A DNA stretch of 63,956 bases, the filler included, from Octopus bimaculoides (lineage: Eukaryota): the NCBI RefSeq assembly GCF_001194135.2. It is 5 parts of 5 records of this genome, joined end to end, with 100 filler letters (N's around TTAATTAATTAA, not from the genome) between each part and the next. Parts side by side here need not be neighbours in the genome. Positions count along the whole stretch, not along the records: positions 50,111 to 63,956 come from NC_069005.1; 4 more parts are not named here. One strand, written 5' to 3'. The position numbers and the translations under genes were made by a program. The notes under the pieces were generated by a model. That model was not told the DNA's origin and searched no databases. It worked only from the letters and a program-made list of their open reading frames with translations. This document shows positions 63,664-63,956 of the stretch, in pieces. The number at the start of each line of letters is the position of its first letter. Position 1 is the first letter of the stretch.

Positions 63664-63773
63664 TTGTTAGTGCTTGCTTCATACGTTCTGAGTAGTATAA
63701 AGCTCGCCTTTCGTAAGTCCTAAGTTACTCTGGTAGTTAAAAGACTTTAGGAGTGTGCCTAATAAACGATGTC

Positions 63774-63925
63774 GGCTGTCTGGTAAGTAACTTGCTTACC
63801 AAGTACATGGTCTCGGGTTCAGTCCCACTGCGTGGCACCTTGGGCAAATGTCTTCTGCTATAGCTTCGGGCCGACCAAAGCCTTGTGAATGGATTTGGTA
63901 GACGGAAACTGAAAGAAGCCTGTCG

Positions 63926-63927
<2 letters not shown>
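63774..63927 (+). mobile_element. SINE family A 5' half (continues beyond the window)
   Basis: ggctgtctggtaagtaacttgcttacc..ggaaactgaaagaagcctgtcg then (AT)n. Confidence 0.88.

Positions 63928-63956
<29 letters not shown>

Overview
Repeat-dense, gap-riddled eukaryotic genomic DNA. It is most likely an intronic or intergenic region of an Octopus draft assembly; this is an inference from the tRNA-headed SINE families, the extreme microsatellite load and the 100-bp N/TTAATTAATTAA gap spacers. No complete protein-coding gene can be supported, and almost every ORF in the supplied track is a translated microsatellite, an N-run or the antisense of a transposon remnant. Supported content: (i) about 35 copies or fragments of four SINE families; (ii) two RTE-clade LINE remnants, one with the YADD RT motif; (iii) six remnants of R4/Dong-like elements with a restriction-like endonuclease (RLE), four of them abutting TAA/GAA tracts; (iv) a Tc1 transposase fragment, a MITE and a Helentron-associated (HINE-like) end; (v) the 3' end of 18S rRNA plus ITS1 fused to a SINE head. 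The strongest signal no ORF track shows is a dispersed set of about 12 minimal type I hammerhead-ribozyme motifs (stem I-CUGANGA-stem II-GAAA-palindromic stem III-NUH-stem I) from several sequence families. Three sets occur as divergent inverted pairs, consistent with non-autonomous Penelope-like/retrozyme elements. Also notable are a 179-bp tandem unit carrying a pre-miRNA-sized hairpin next to a gap, a 37-bp G.U-rich hairpin, and several unverified exon candidates. All sequence comparisons were made by eye; no database searches were run, and element boundaries are approximate.
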